Part shown: positions 1 to 13,100 of the stretch, one piece after another
How positions within the stretch are numbered: the first letter of the stretch is position 1
How the letters are laid out: the number at the start of each line of letters is the position of its first letter
DNA from: Lingula anatina
Lineage: Eukaryota > Animalia > Brachiopoda
Length of the DNA stretch: 64,000 nt
Assembly (NCBI GenBank): GCA_051362555.1
Contig: CM120646.1
Coordinates: 15,500,001-15,564,000, forward strand
Direction: 5' to 3'
Notes under the pieces: generated by a model
What the model saw: the letters and a program-made list of their open reading frames with translations, nothing else
The model's database searches: none
What the model was told of the DNA's origin: nothing
Position numbers and translations under genes: made by a program

Positions 1-283
1 ATGAAACTTCACTACAAAAATGAGATAAACCGACCTTAATCGCAATTTAATATCTTCATTTTTCTTTCTTTTATCTTTCGAATTAGACACATCAAGAGGA
101 AAACACAAAACATAATTATCATCAATACCGATATGATTTTATTGCCCAGCTAAAGAGACTACAAGAATAGGAAATTTTACTTAATAATAGCAGTTCTTGC
201 CCACAAAAATATTTTCACGCCAATAACGGGACCTAATAAGGTTAACGTCCTAAAATCTAACTTATTGGCCAGGTTTAAGAACT

Positions 284-2410
284 TCAGTTGCTGTTCATCG
301 TGTTCTTGATCCATTCGGTGTATATGGACACCTTAGAGTAGACACCTGGTCTGTTTGCCTGGGCACAGCCATAACCCCAGCTGACGACACCATAAGCCTT
401 CCAGAACGCCTGACCGTTGTCATCCATGAAGCGGCAAACGTAGGGGCCGCCAGAATCTCCCTTAAAAAGAAGAACCAAAGATGAATTTTCTAATACAGTA
501 GTTTCTTTTTCATTTCAAGGCTGACATTTGTAAACGTCATTTGCTTTATGTTTTATAAAAATACGTGACACGGTTAAATAAGTACTGAGTGAATTTAGAT
601 ATAAAAGTTACATATCAATAATCCACGTTGTTATGTTACCAAGTAAATAAGGGGAGTTGATGCAAATGCATTTGTCTTTGTCATTTTGCATAACTATTGT
701 TAAATTCTTCTTGAAACTGCCATTGATTTATTTTTATTCTCCAGTCTTAGTCTTTCTACATGTATCAGATTTATCCTGTGTTATAGCAAGACTAATATTT
801 TTGGTTCCAAAGTTTAGACTATATTTCAGCTATACATTTTTATGTGACAGGAACGGTAGTCCTAGTAATGGAAGTCCGGGATTCCGTATGGTTAGCACAG
901 GTAAGGGTTAGTTGGGGTTAGTGTATGGGACGAGTGTCACCTGTACAAAGTAATGGAAAATGGACTACGGTTCCAAGCAGACTTAATTTTCTGTAACACC
1001 GGCTTCTTCGTACACCGGTCCCGAGTCTTACCTGGCAAGAGTCCTTGCCGCCTGCCATGGTTCCGCCGCAAATCATGCTGTCAAGGACCTGATTCCCGTA
1101 CGCGCTATCGGCGCGGCACGTGGCGGTGGAGATGTAAGGGACATCCACCTCCAATAGTTTATCACTTCCAGATTGCCCTAAAATTAAATGTTAATTTTTG
1201 TAATACACGGTAACATTCAAATATTCTAAGTTCACGCAATGTTGCTAAAATTGGCTCAAAAAGTACGTTGTTGAAAAGGTTGGTAATAAGACAATTGTAA
1301 ATAAGGGACCATTCCCAGCCCATATCGTACTAACTTTGGGGTAATTAATTCTCGTTAGCAGCTTCAGTAGGCGTGCCAGATATATAAGCCGCTTAAGCTG
1401 AAAGCAATTTAGCGAGAAACCCCTTGGAGATGGATCAACTAGGCATGGGAACCCAGTCTAAGACTCACAAAGAATCGTGTCGTTGTCATGCACTAGCAAC
1501 AAAATACTTATTCTTCCTCAAGTAAGGAATCTCTGTTGATAATTCCTAAGATGACGGATCCAAAGGCCACAGATCAATGTGACCCCCCCCCTCCCTAAAT
1601 CGCGTCGGATGTATCTGATCCTACCCCTCTCCCTGTGGCAAGCGAAGTAGAAAAAAAACAAGCCAATAATTATCTCCGTGGACGTCATCTGACAATGATA
1701 TTATCCTTGACTACTATTTCCAAATCCGCCCTCTGTTCACCCCACCATTTAACCCAAGTGGTATTTATTTCTCCATACTTACCGCTGCCTGTTGCGCCCC
1801 AGCCAGTCGTCACACAGTAATGGCCATCGGTCAGTTCGGAGTTGGGTTCAGGGGGGCAGGCAATGTTAATGCCAGTTCCGAGCGTCACGGCGCTTTCCAG
1901 TTTCAACAACGAAATGTCGTTGTCCAGAGAGTTTCCATTATAGTTGGGATGGTCAATTGTTCTGATAACACGTTTTTCCACCACCAGGTTCGGATTCTCT
2001 GTGGCGGACAGATCGTGTTCTCCAAGCCTGACGACGATGGTCCCTCTGATTATAAACAGTAAAATTGTACATTGTATTTTCATTTTCTTTTTGTTTCGTT
2101 TAAAATAATTGCCAAAACATCTTCAGTGTGCCACTGAGATAATCTCCACTGTGTGAAGTAAAAAAATAATAATGAGTGAAAGGGAGATCATAACTCCAAA
2201 TAGAAAATGTAGAGGCAAAGGTTTGGATATGGTAAACAGATAGCATCCCAACATGTCTGCATGTTTAAAAATAGTTATAAATATTATTTCATAAATTACT
2301 ATCATGTCTAAGTTCTCGTTTGATATAAGTAATTTCATTGAGTGTTTTTGTCAAAGCTTTTAAATATTTGATAAACGCTTGCCGCGCATTTCTATTTTTA
2401 GGAGATGACA

Positions 2411-2456
<46 letters not shown>

Positions 2457-2637
2457 CTGTGCAATGGGCTGCCGTCATAACCCATTCAGGGTCAATAAGA
2501 GTTCCACCGCAGAACTGACCACCGCCAAAGCCATTGGTCAGAGCCACCATCCAGGGCCAGGAGTGGGGCGTGGCCTCCTGCCCGCCAACGATTGATGCCG
2601 AGACCGCAGTGCCCCGCCTTCCGCAGTTCGCTAAAAA

Positions 2638-2679
<42 letters not shown>

Positions 2680-4698
2680 TAAAACACAAAACAGAAAGGA
2701 AAATGACGAATTTGTATAAACCAGTATTCGAGTTCAAAATTTGCATTTACCAGTGAAATGTTTCAGTCTCCGTTCCAGAGAGACATTCAATTATTAAAAA
2801 CATTAAACTCAGAAACGGGTTTATAAACTAGTTTGTAATTTGCCAATGTTTTGGACATGGTGTCCCATGGTATGATGATGAAGAAAAAGTTTTAAAATGT
2901 CCAGGAAGATTCGTTTATGCTGTACAAAGGTTTCGCGCTCCTTCTGTGTCCATAATTAAAATATGTATCGTATCATTTTATGCATTCTTGGGTTAACCAG
3001 TATTTTCATCGAAAATCCGGCGCACTAATTTGAATTTCAGCATAAATTCATTGTGCACACAATTAAAGAAGTGGAAGTGATAACAATTACTAAGGAACCG
3101 AAAAGTGGTTACAAATTTTCAAATGCCCCATAAGTTACCACAATCTCCAGAAGGGGGTGCGTTAGTTGGGGCGTTAGTTGGGGCCTGGGTTGGTGCGTTG
3201 GTTGGGGCGTCAGTTGGGGCGTCAGTTGGAGCGTCAGTTGGGTCTGAAAACAAAACAAGAATCTGTTGTAATAACACATTGTGACAGAAGACGATTGCGG
3301 TATTATGTTTCACATGAAGTTTATTATACATTTACACTGCCAAAATAAAGCTAAAACACATGTGCGCATTTACAGAATCAGGAAATGCTTGCGAGAAGTT
3401 GAAAAAAGTCACGAATTGCCCACTTACTAGTGTCATTGGTAATCACCTCCCAAAACGCGCCAAATCCTGAATCCGTCACCGACTCGTCTGTTCTAAAGAG
3501 AAGGAACATGTAGTTGCCCGTGCTTTCATACACCTCTACGCCTGTGCTGTTCCCGCAAATCCTGGCCAAGCGAGGAGCCTTGTTGTTGAAGCCGTCGCGA
3601 ACCAGCAGCCTGTCGAATTTGCAAGTGCCGTGGTCTTCTATACTGTAGCTGAGAACAGTCAGACGGACTCTCTGAAATATAATGGAAAGTGTTTATTGAT
3701 AGATGTAATTCATACGTTAGGTATTTTGTATTAAAGCGGCACTCTTTTGCCGCTAAATTTTCTAACATAATAGATTTATCCAACTATTAAACTCTCCTTT
3801 TTCCGTCCAGTAAAACAGGTCTAGTTTCATCCCAAAACCTTTCCGTACACTAAATGGCTTAGCTGCACAAGCATGGCCTTTGATTTTTTAAAAATGATTT
3901 TCTACAATATACGTAATATTAATAACACAAAGAACCAACCAGTAATTGGGACCTCTCACGCTTGCTCATTGTAATACTCCCACAAACACAAAATACAGTT
4001 TCTAGACATAACATTCCGTTCGACTGAAATTTGGAAATTTAACTTACTAAGTAGACCTGAATACCGCGAAAACCATGTGTTTACGGAATCATTTTTTCAT
4101 TTAGAACGGACCTCTTCGGTGACTCTTTGAACCCCCCTCCCCCCTATTTGCCCCCCATAGGCCTGTGTACCTCTCCTTCTCCGGCTGCAATTCTCCATTT
4201 ACATCTCATGTCATTCTCGTAGTCGACAATAGCAATGTCTTTGCTGGCGTCGCTTTCGGTCAGCACTTCTGGACGGCTGCCTGCGTAACAGGCGTCCGGG
4301 AACGTTGTCTGCCGTGCAACTCGGTCAATACGCCCGGCGGGTTTAGCTTTGATGAAAAGTAATTGAGAATTATTAAAATTTTTATCGAAATAAAAGCATT
4401 CGTCTTTGTGAATGCATGTGAGTGCCTTCTTGGACGTCCACTCCCTTACATGTTTTTTTATGCACAGCAATTTGGAGATAAATTGCCACCACCGCATCTG
4501 TCGCCTGTATTGGCGTATCTACTGCAAACAGCGCACATGGCTGAAAGCTTTTTCTTGCTGCAAAGACGTTACCATGACCCAAAAAGAGCATCTCTTATGA
4601 CGCTCTCTATAGCTACCACACCCTAGATGCGCCACTGGTTACTTACCTGAAACCAGGACTGACCAGCAGCCCATCACTATGGCTATCTTCAACCACAT
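284..4698 (-). CDS. Secreted CUB-domain trypsin-like (S1A) serine protease, 8 coding exons
   Basis: Hand-spliced exons with GT-AG ends: 4698-4647 (signal [17 protein letters not shown]); about 4347-4171 and 3672-3428 (CUB: [11 protein letters not shown]...[11 protein letters not shown]...ICGN...[12 protein letters not shown]); 3243-3139 (PTDA/PTNA linker); 2631-2456 ([14 protein letters not shown]...CGGTLI...TAAHC); 2046-1783 ([13 protein letters not shown]); 1177-1032 (MICGG...KDSCQ); 461-284 (GDSGGP...VSWGYGCA...PGVY). The His/Asp/Ser triad is intact, and Asp in the S1 pocket implies trypsin-like specificity. Confidence 0.93.
3158..3243 (-). repeat. 12-bp coding tandem repeat encoding a Pro/Thr-rich linker ([29 protein letters not shown])
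   Basis: Repeated gttggggcgtca-like units on the plus strand, inside protease exon 4. Confidence 0.85.
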
Positions 4699-4767
4699 GA
4701 TTACTTCTCCTGTTCAAATGTTCGCTTTGAAAATCAGACAATGTGATTTTTTCCATCTATGCCAGCT

Positions 4768-4777
4768 TATATATATA
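4768..4777 (-). promoter_or_regulatory. Candidate TATA box of the serine protease gene
   Basis: TATATATATA about 70 bp upstream of the ATG at 4698. Confidence 0.4.
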
Positions 4778-5902
4778 CTAACAGAAATGCTTTGCTCAAG
4801 CGAATTACGCTGAATAATTTGACGGTTGCCCAACACCACCCAGGGCGCACCTGCTCCTTAAACCCGGTGCTGGTGTGCAATTACACCTAAATGTCGGTCT
4901 GCGTGGTTTTCACCTAGTGGAATCGAGCCCATTTCAATACCCAATTAGACCTCGTTATTAATCATTACGGTCGATTTAAGCGCACGTGCATACTGGCACT
5001 TCATCATAAAACGAACTTATTTTACGATGATATTTTGTGCATAATCCAACACAACGGTTTTACAATCAAAGCGTTTTCAAACTTATCAAATTGTTTTCGT
5101 GGAGTATTGTTATTAATATGTTTGTAAAAATTTTTAATAGTATTTTTTTGTCAAATTCTTGTATAAAGTACATTTGTCAGATGACTCGCAGGACTTGAGG
5201 ATTGAATAAATTGAATAATCATAATATTCTATCCTTGCAACTGATTCTTTTTATTTTGTTTTCACTACTACATGTAATATGCTACCCTATTTCTACAGAC
5301 CTAGCATTCGAAAATTTACGGCTTTTGCAGATATCTTTCTGTAGAACAACACACTCAGAAAGAATACAAGCAGTATATGCAATGCATGCAAACCGTTTCA
5401 GTCTTAGTGCCGTTGTTCGTCTCTTGTCAATTGGAATTAAAATGTATCTTTGCAATTTTCCAATACCTAAAGGATTTTAAAGACGCATTATTTTCCCATT
5501 GTGATATTTCACCCATTTCATGATAATATTCTCTTGACAAATTACATGTAGGCGTGATGTGACCAAGGCGGTCATCCACGCAACATCTAATCGCTCGTTG
5601 ATTACAAACCCGTTGAGAGATTTTCTAGGTTCACGTCTGAAATGCGGGACACGTTGAAATTAATTCGGGTGGCAAGATGTAAAGGCTGCTTCCCACGTGC
5701 AGGTGTGGTGAATCTAATCGGCAACAGCAACGTTTCTTCCCTGATCATTCTGAAACTCAAACACCAAAAATGATGTCCGGTTCTTACCTTTTCTACATGT
5801 ACTTCCGCTAATGCTTAGAGATATAGTCATCGGCGTATTTAAGGGTGCTCTTGTTCGGTTTGTTCCTCTAAATATGTTTTCTTCTTTTTTATTTTGGAAA
5901 TT

Positions 5903-6132
5903 AGGAGAGACCGGGGCTAGTTGGACCCCGGGGTAAGTTGGCCCCCCATCAAAGTAACTATGAGGTAAAAGAATTGATCACATCATTTTGTAAAGTGGCC
6001 GTATCCAATAGTGCCAAGAAAGCCTCGGCAGTGAGTCCAAATGAAATAATTTAGCATCTTAAAGTAACTTTATTAAAAAGACTTGATAGGGAGCCAACTT
6101 ACCCCGGGGTCCAACTAGCCCCGGTCTCCCTT
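5903..6132. mobile_element. MITE with about 37-bp near-perfect terminal inverted repeats
   Basis: Left gagaccggggctagttggaccccggggtaagttgg; right ccaacttaccccggggtccaactagccccggtctc; TA/TAA-like flanks; no ORF. Confidence 0.85.
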
Positions 6133-7179
6133 AACGACTAACATAACCTTTGTGATGCAAGGGAATACTTCAAAGACAGGTATCACAGTCGAGCAAAGAG
6201 GGCCTCTGAAAGCATTAATGACGTAGCGCCGCTTATGTAGCCAAACAGTGTAACCTGACCGGTAACAGACTTGGCTAGAACTACAACACGTATAGACTTT
6301 GCCGAGTTGTAACACATTGTTCGGTGTTTGTTTTACACGGTATAAGTTATAACCGTAAAATATATTAATCTAAAAGAAAGAAGCATGCAGGTAAATGGTT
6401 TGGGTTATTTTTTTTTTTTTCTTCTAGGTCATAAGTGATTTTAATGAAATATTGGAATGTTCGCGTCCTCGGCATATGTTTCAAACGAAGGGAAATGCGT
6501 CCATGGGCAACATTACTCTTTTGCATATGCCCTTCTGTTTGTAACAAAATTGGACGAATGACTTTTAATTAACTTTGTAACAGTTAAAGGGACCTCTAGA
6601 AGTGAATAGGGAAACATTGATTTTCTCTCTCTGCACTTGATCATATTGCCCTCTCAACCGGTGATCTTTTGAATTATAAAAAATTAATCCGTAGGCCTGT
6701 ACCGCAGCAGAGCGCATACTAATTCGGAATTTCATGATATTTGTTAACGTCATCTTAAAACAAACATTTAAGATAATATAATTATAATAATTTCAAGGTA
6801 TTTATCTTGAGAGATACATTTTTTTTAACACTTTGAAAGCAGCAATGTGGGTGGAAGGCCACATTCAACCTGAAGCGTTAAGGTCTATATACCCTCTATC
6901 AAGACCACGGTTTTATTTTTCACAAGACATTTACTAACGCCAAAATCTTAATCGTGATATTTGATTCTTTTTTACTGTAAGAGCATAGATATGCAGTACT
7001 GCAATTCAGTTTATTTCTCTCACAAATGTAGCGCAATATACTCGTACAAGTTATTTATTAGCTTTTATTTCGTGTTTTGAAATCCATTGGGAACCATATA
7101 TAAGCCCACTTAATTCTGCTCACATAAATCAAAAATGGAATACCAGTGAAGGAAGTCGAATGCTATAGATGGATATTAC

Positions 7180-10100
7180 TCAGTAAACGTAATGATAGTT
7201 TGGTCGACCAAAACGACGAGCACGTAGAGAAACCTCCGGAGTGACAAAGGCGTTGACTGCCCGGTGGAAATCCTGTGACGTCCACGTGAAATCGCCACAT
7301 TGTGGAAACCCTGGTGGTTTGATCAGGAGCGGCTGTCTCTCTGGTGCTTCGTTAATGACGAAGGCCATACCGGCCACAGAATGCAACTCGACGTGACAGT
7401 GGACGAACCACCAACCTGAAATAATGGCACCAGATTACTAGTGTTTATAGCACGTGTTAGGGAGAAGTCGTTCCCTCATTCGGCGAAATTGGCCTTGTGT
7501 AAAGATGGTAAAACAGAATAGTTTACGTTTATATGGAGATTTAATGCGTTTATCAATGTCATGGCGTTTTAATCCTTTATTAAACGACTGATTCCAAACA
7601 AACAAACAAATTGCAATTGGTCTCTTTAGAAAAACCAAATTTGCTTATGGGGACAGACACGCTTTATAAAATTATTTACCCGGGTTATCAGATGTGATGC
7701 GGATGACCGCGTAACCCCCTGATGGCACTATGACGGAATCCTTACGTACAGGGTTCTCTCTGTTGAGTCCGGAGATCTTGTTCGGGTCTCTGTTCCACTC
7801 GTCGTTTACAAAACGAGGACTGTGACATGGTACAGTCCCATTTGTAGAAGTTGTGAGATGTCGATTGCTGGTTTGGAAAGAAATCTCATAATGAAATAAA
7901 GGATGTACATAGTTGTGTATTTAGTATTTACTTAAAGACCGATGACCCTTTGCATCAACACAAATACATCAGTAAGGAATTTAGAAGTGTATGCGTATGG
8001 TCGTGCTAATAAACATGATTTCTTTGGACTAGGAAGAAAAGATTTCAACCAACTTTCAACTCGGTTTTACTCTATCTCCAGGTACAAGAACTTTCCAAGA
8101 GTAGAAATGATGTTCAAAAAAATAACCCGTTAAACCCTTTTTTTATCACTTTCAAATATTTTCAAAGGCTTTTTTTCTTTTCGAATTCACGCATGTGCAT
8201 GTTCAGATTCCCTACTATACCCATCGTCTACTTCCGTGCAGCACACTTGTTCATCGTCCGGACATGGGCAGCAGAGATCCGAGTTTGCTCTGCGGTACAA
8301 CCCATTGCTCTGTAACTCGCCAAAGGCCACCTTGAGCACGTGGAAACTATGACCGTGAACGTGAATGGGATGAGGAGAGCCCTCTAAAAAATAAAACAGC
8401 GTCGTGAGCGATGGAAAAGGGGTTTTAATAGAAAACAATTTAGGGCTGATGCGATGGTATTCAGGCAATACACAGCATGTCAAGTTTTATTTCGATGATT
8501 TCACAGGATTGTGTTTTTTTTTTCAATACTATAAGTTTATATGGTTATTTCCCAACGGAAATTGTACAGGACCAACTTTCTCAAAGTACTCACAGATCGT
8601 TAACAACTTACAATCTTGTCTTGCGGAACTGGACAAAAGGCAATTTTGCATTTTTATGCAAAAACAACGATGGTTCAAATAGAAACTGTACGTGTAACTA
8701 TAATTAAGATACGAAATGTCGATCACTTCTTTAGAATGAAAAGATACAAACAAAAGTTTGCGACGACTTTGGGAAGCGGGATTATGATCGAAAAAATACA
8801 CTGCTTGATTTCTTTTACTACAGAAAAGGGTCTACGTACCGTTTGCTCCGCCCGCGCCGACATTGGTGAAAATTAACTGGTAGGGTTTGTTGTAATCCAG
8901 GGTAAGAATATTGGTGCACCGACAGCCCTGAAGGCTAGTGGCAGACCGACAGGAGGCTGGACAGGGTGTTACTGAATTAGGCAAGAGATCTCTCTGCGAA
9001 AGAGGCGGGGAGGATGGCGGTTCAAATGCAATGCCACTTATGCTCGGACCTGCACGCAGGAACGCCGTGTTGAACCAGAAATTGTTAGACGCTGGTAGTG
9101 CCGTCAGTCCAGGGACAGGGACATCTTCGCCTTTCCTTATGAGCTGATCAACATGAATGCACTGGGCGTTGTAAGAAGGAGGTAAAAAAGCATAAGGGCA
9201 ATTAACAATTCTGCATTTGTAGGTCGGGTGGGTTTCACATGGACGTGGGACATCAAGCACGCCTGTAGGCGGTTCTACATACGATTCCGATTCTCGTCCA
9301 TATATCAGCAATGCTTTAACCTCTTGAAATGGTTGATCGGTTGCATAGCCAGCATCGCTGAGATCGGGTGACGCGCGGATGTAATAGGCCTTTCTTCTCA
9401 GCGGATTGTTAGCTGTGATTACGACATCATACCGTTCTCCCGGGGTAACCAAAACACTTTCAACGTTGTGGATGGGTTCAATGTCAAATCCATCTGTGGC
9501 TATCACTGTCACCAAATGGGCGTCGACAGAGACCCTCAATGGAAACGCCTACGATACGGAATCTGTACCGGTTATCAGGGGCAGTAGGATCCACGTAGAA
9601 CCTGGCGTAAGGAACGTTATTTTCTACAGGCCTGTCTTGGTGCCAAAGGCGGTTTTCAAAGCGTCCCCTACCGTTAATAAGGGCCGAAACGTAAGGAACT
9701 GCAACAGCAGCAACGCCATCTGGACCTAAACTGAAATTATGTCGATCGCTTGGTTCCGGAAAAATTGGATTGTTTGGCCAAAACCATCCGTTACCAAAAT
9801 GTTGCAAGAAAAGATTGTCAAACTCCTCGTGTTGCCAGTCCTGTAGAATAATTACGTGTTGGTCGTTATTTGAAACCTCGCCGATAGATGGAGCATGCTT
9901 GGCGCCATACTTCTCACCATGAGGTCTGCTGTCCTCGTGGATGATAAGGGCACCCAAAACGCCGTCTGATCGTGAACCGGGAGTGTGACTGTGGTACCAA
10001 AATGTTCCTGTAACAGAGAAGATGCCCTGATATACATGAAAATGTGGTTCACACAAATACAAACCACCAAATTTTAAGGTTATTTCATTCACGCAAGAGG

Positions 10101-13100
10101 CATTTTAATATTATAAATATTAAAATAGCTGGTATTCCATTAATAAGAGCAAAGAGCGAAAGGCCTTTATTGATCAGTTTCAATATTCAAATTCAGTATC
10201 AGTCTTTCTGTATTATTTATCGTTGCAGTGGTTGTCATGAAGGACATCGTATTAAACTAACCTGCCGGGTCTGCCTTGAACCTGTAGGTAAATGTTTGGC
10301 CACTATGTATGGGACATTGAGTGATCATGGGAACGCCGTCCATGAAAGGGGTGTTGCGCTGGAACTGTCCATGCCAATGAATGGTCAACGATTCGTGGAT
10401 CATGTTGTTGGTCACATGGATAACCATTTGTGCCCCCAGTTTTCCCTGGGATAGGTAAGAAAAATGAAGAATGAAATTAAGGTGTATTGATCTGAATTTT
10501 ATGTATTAAACGATTATTAATTTAAACCACCCCTCCGTGTCCTGAAGGGTGGTTTGAACGCGCAGGTCAGCTGACCTGAATTTAACCCTCGAACAAACCA
10601 GACTAGTAGTAGTTTAAATCTGTTTGAATGGAATGTTGATTGTTCTTTTACATGTCTCTTCTCGTAACTTGTACATCACTGTGGTATATATGAATTCATG
10701 ACCAAAGGGAACTAAATGTCGAAATAGTAAGTTATTTTCACTACTTATATTATTTATGAAATAAAATATAATTTATTCACGGATGGGGGCTCGTTAAGTA
10801 AATCTGTAAGACGTTTTGTGCTCACGCGTATTATTGGACCAACGAGCTTCCCGTTTACAGTCGAGATTCTACGGTAAACTCCGTCACCTGTATTGACATC
10901 ATCTAGAAAGAAACGTGGTATATATTAATAGATAAATAATACAAAAGGTCATGTAAGAAATAAGGTCATTTTAAACAGTCGCGCACGAAGATAAGTGGAA
11001 TCAACGATTGCTTTAAACTTTACTGATGACATGCATCTTCCATGCTGTTAAGCACATGGGGAAAGCGCGTGACGCAACTCGACCTGACTGGCAGGCAAAA
11101 AAAGATACCATATGTATAGTTAAACCACGGCTAGTGCGTAGAACAAAAGACTCGGCCGTGCTGTATGCGACATACAAGCACGTCATGTACGAGTGCGTTC
11201 CACGGTCTGTTGCACTACTAGTGTAGTAGCCAATCAGAGGCCGTGGTTTAAGCCAGATACAACACTCGTCGCCGAGCTGTACGTGAAAATTACTCGTGTA
11301 TTGTCTCGCCTGCGGCTCGCCAATACACTCGTAATATTTCACGTACAGCTCGGCGACTCGTATTGTATCTATCACAAATAGCATGCAATCCTATAGGAAA
11401 TGTTGAGTTGGAATCCTGCCAATAGTTTTTGGCACACCTAACAGTAACACATTCAATAATCACAATAAGGGGTATTTATGCCTGTACTCTAACATATTTG
11501 TTCAAAATAAAAAATGATTACATTTCAAAGGGTGAAATTGCCAGTAAAAAACACTTGATTTTCTCCACTGCTGTCCCAAAGTACATTGACAGTTCAGCTA
11601 TTCTGTGCCGGAAGAGACGCACGCACAACCCCCAAGTTGTAATACAACAAAACTTATTACAATGCACACTACATGAGGTATGATTTTTAATTAATCCTGA
11701 AGAACAAAGCTTGCCCTAACATACCAAATGAAATCTGAGTCTTGTTGGGAACGCCGCCACAGTCGCCCCCTTCCGTCAGTTTACAAGCTACGCATCCGGT
11801 CGCAAGGGGGCGCCCATTCTGGTCGGTGCAATCCGGCATCACTCGGTCCCTGTCGTATACCATGGTGTAACCGCTTCCAATCACAAGGTAATATTCGCAC
11901 GCTACAATTGAAATATACAATAGGCCTACAATGTACCTCGCAGACTTCATAAATTATGCAATCTTTGCACAATTCCTGAGTAAGACCCTGTTACCATAGA
12001 TTTCGTAGATCGATCTAGCAGGATCGACCTATTTCCGTGGGGATTCTCGTTAAACTGCACTCAAACGATAGTTATTTACCCCCTAACAACTTCAGTGGGC
12101 GTGCCAGACATCAGAGCCACTTAAAGTCATAATAACTCTTCGTTTTGGCCAAAAATTGGATTTTCCTGGGGTAAACGGCAATTTTCCCGTACTTACCATT
12201 GGTCGACGACCCCATTCCTGCATTCAAAGTTAGTCCAGAATTTTTTCCCTAAACGTTTTGTTAAAATCTCTTAAGAGATTTTAACTGACGGAGCCCTCTC
12301 TGGCATTGCATAGTCATGCGATATCGAGCGATATTTTCTGGTGACCTACTTAAAACCGCGGGGACAGCAGACAACAACAACACTATATATAACAATAATA
12401 TAAGATTCATAAGATTTATTCGTCTTATTGCTCAAAATGCATTTATATCTACAATTGACTGTGTGCAATTCTGAGCTTTCCGACGCACTGTACAAAAACT
12501 CGCAACTTACGTCTGCGGATTGAAGGTTTAGGTTACAAACCACTATAAAAAATACCATTCACTTCCATTGTAACGTTTAATTCTCTTAAAAATATTCCCC
12601 ATGCTTCAACAAACACAACACTTCAGGTTTAAATACTTCTACTCAAGGCCTAAAAAATATTAAAAAATCAGGGTACATTAATGGCATAGCCTGGGGTCTT
12701 AAAGTCTTTTTGACAGAACACACACGAATCCACGAAAAAGTATATAGAGGACAGCTGAAAAGTAATAAATTGTTCTAATCTCAGCAGAGGACCCATGGAG
12801 TTTCAGGCATATGTCTGGTTCTGGTAATTAAAAACATTTGTTAATTGCATATGAAGCCCAGTGCAAAATATCATAGCCATCATAGCTAGGAAAGGACCCA
12901 ACAACTCCATTGCCGTGAAATGCGTCACTGGCGCCATGTCTGGTTTTCTGATGAAACAAAATTTATACTCATGCTCCTCCCAATACCCATGGTGGTGGTT
13001 CTGTCCAAATTTGGGTTTCTATTCCCGGTGAAGCTCGAACTAATCAGGCGTTCTTTAACCCAGCTACTGAAGTGTACATGCAAGAAATGGTGCCATTTGC

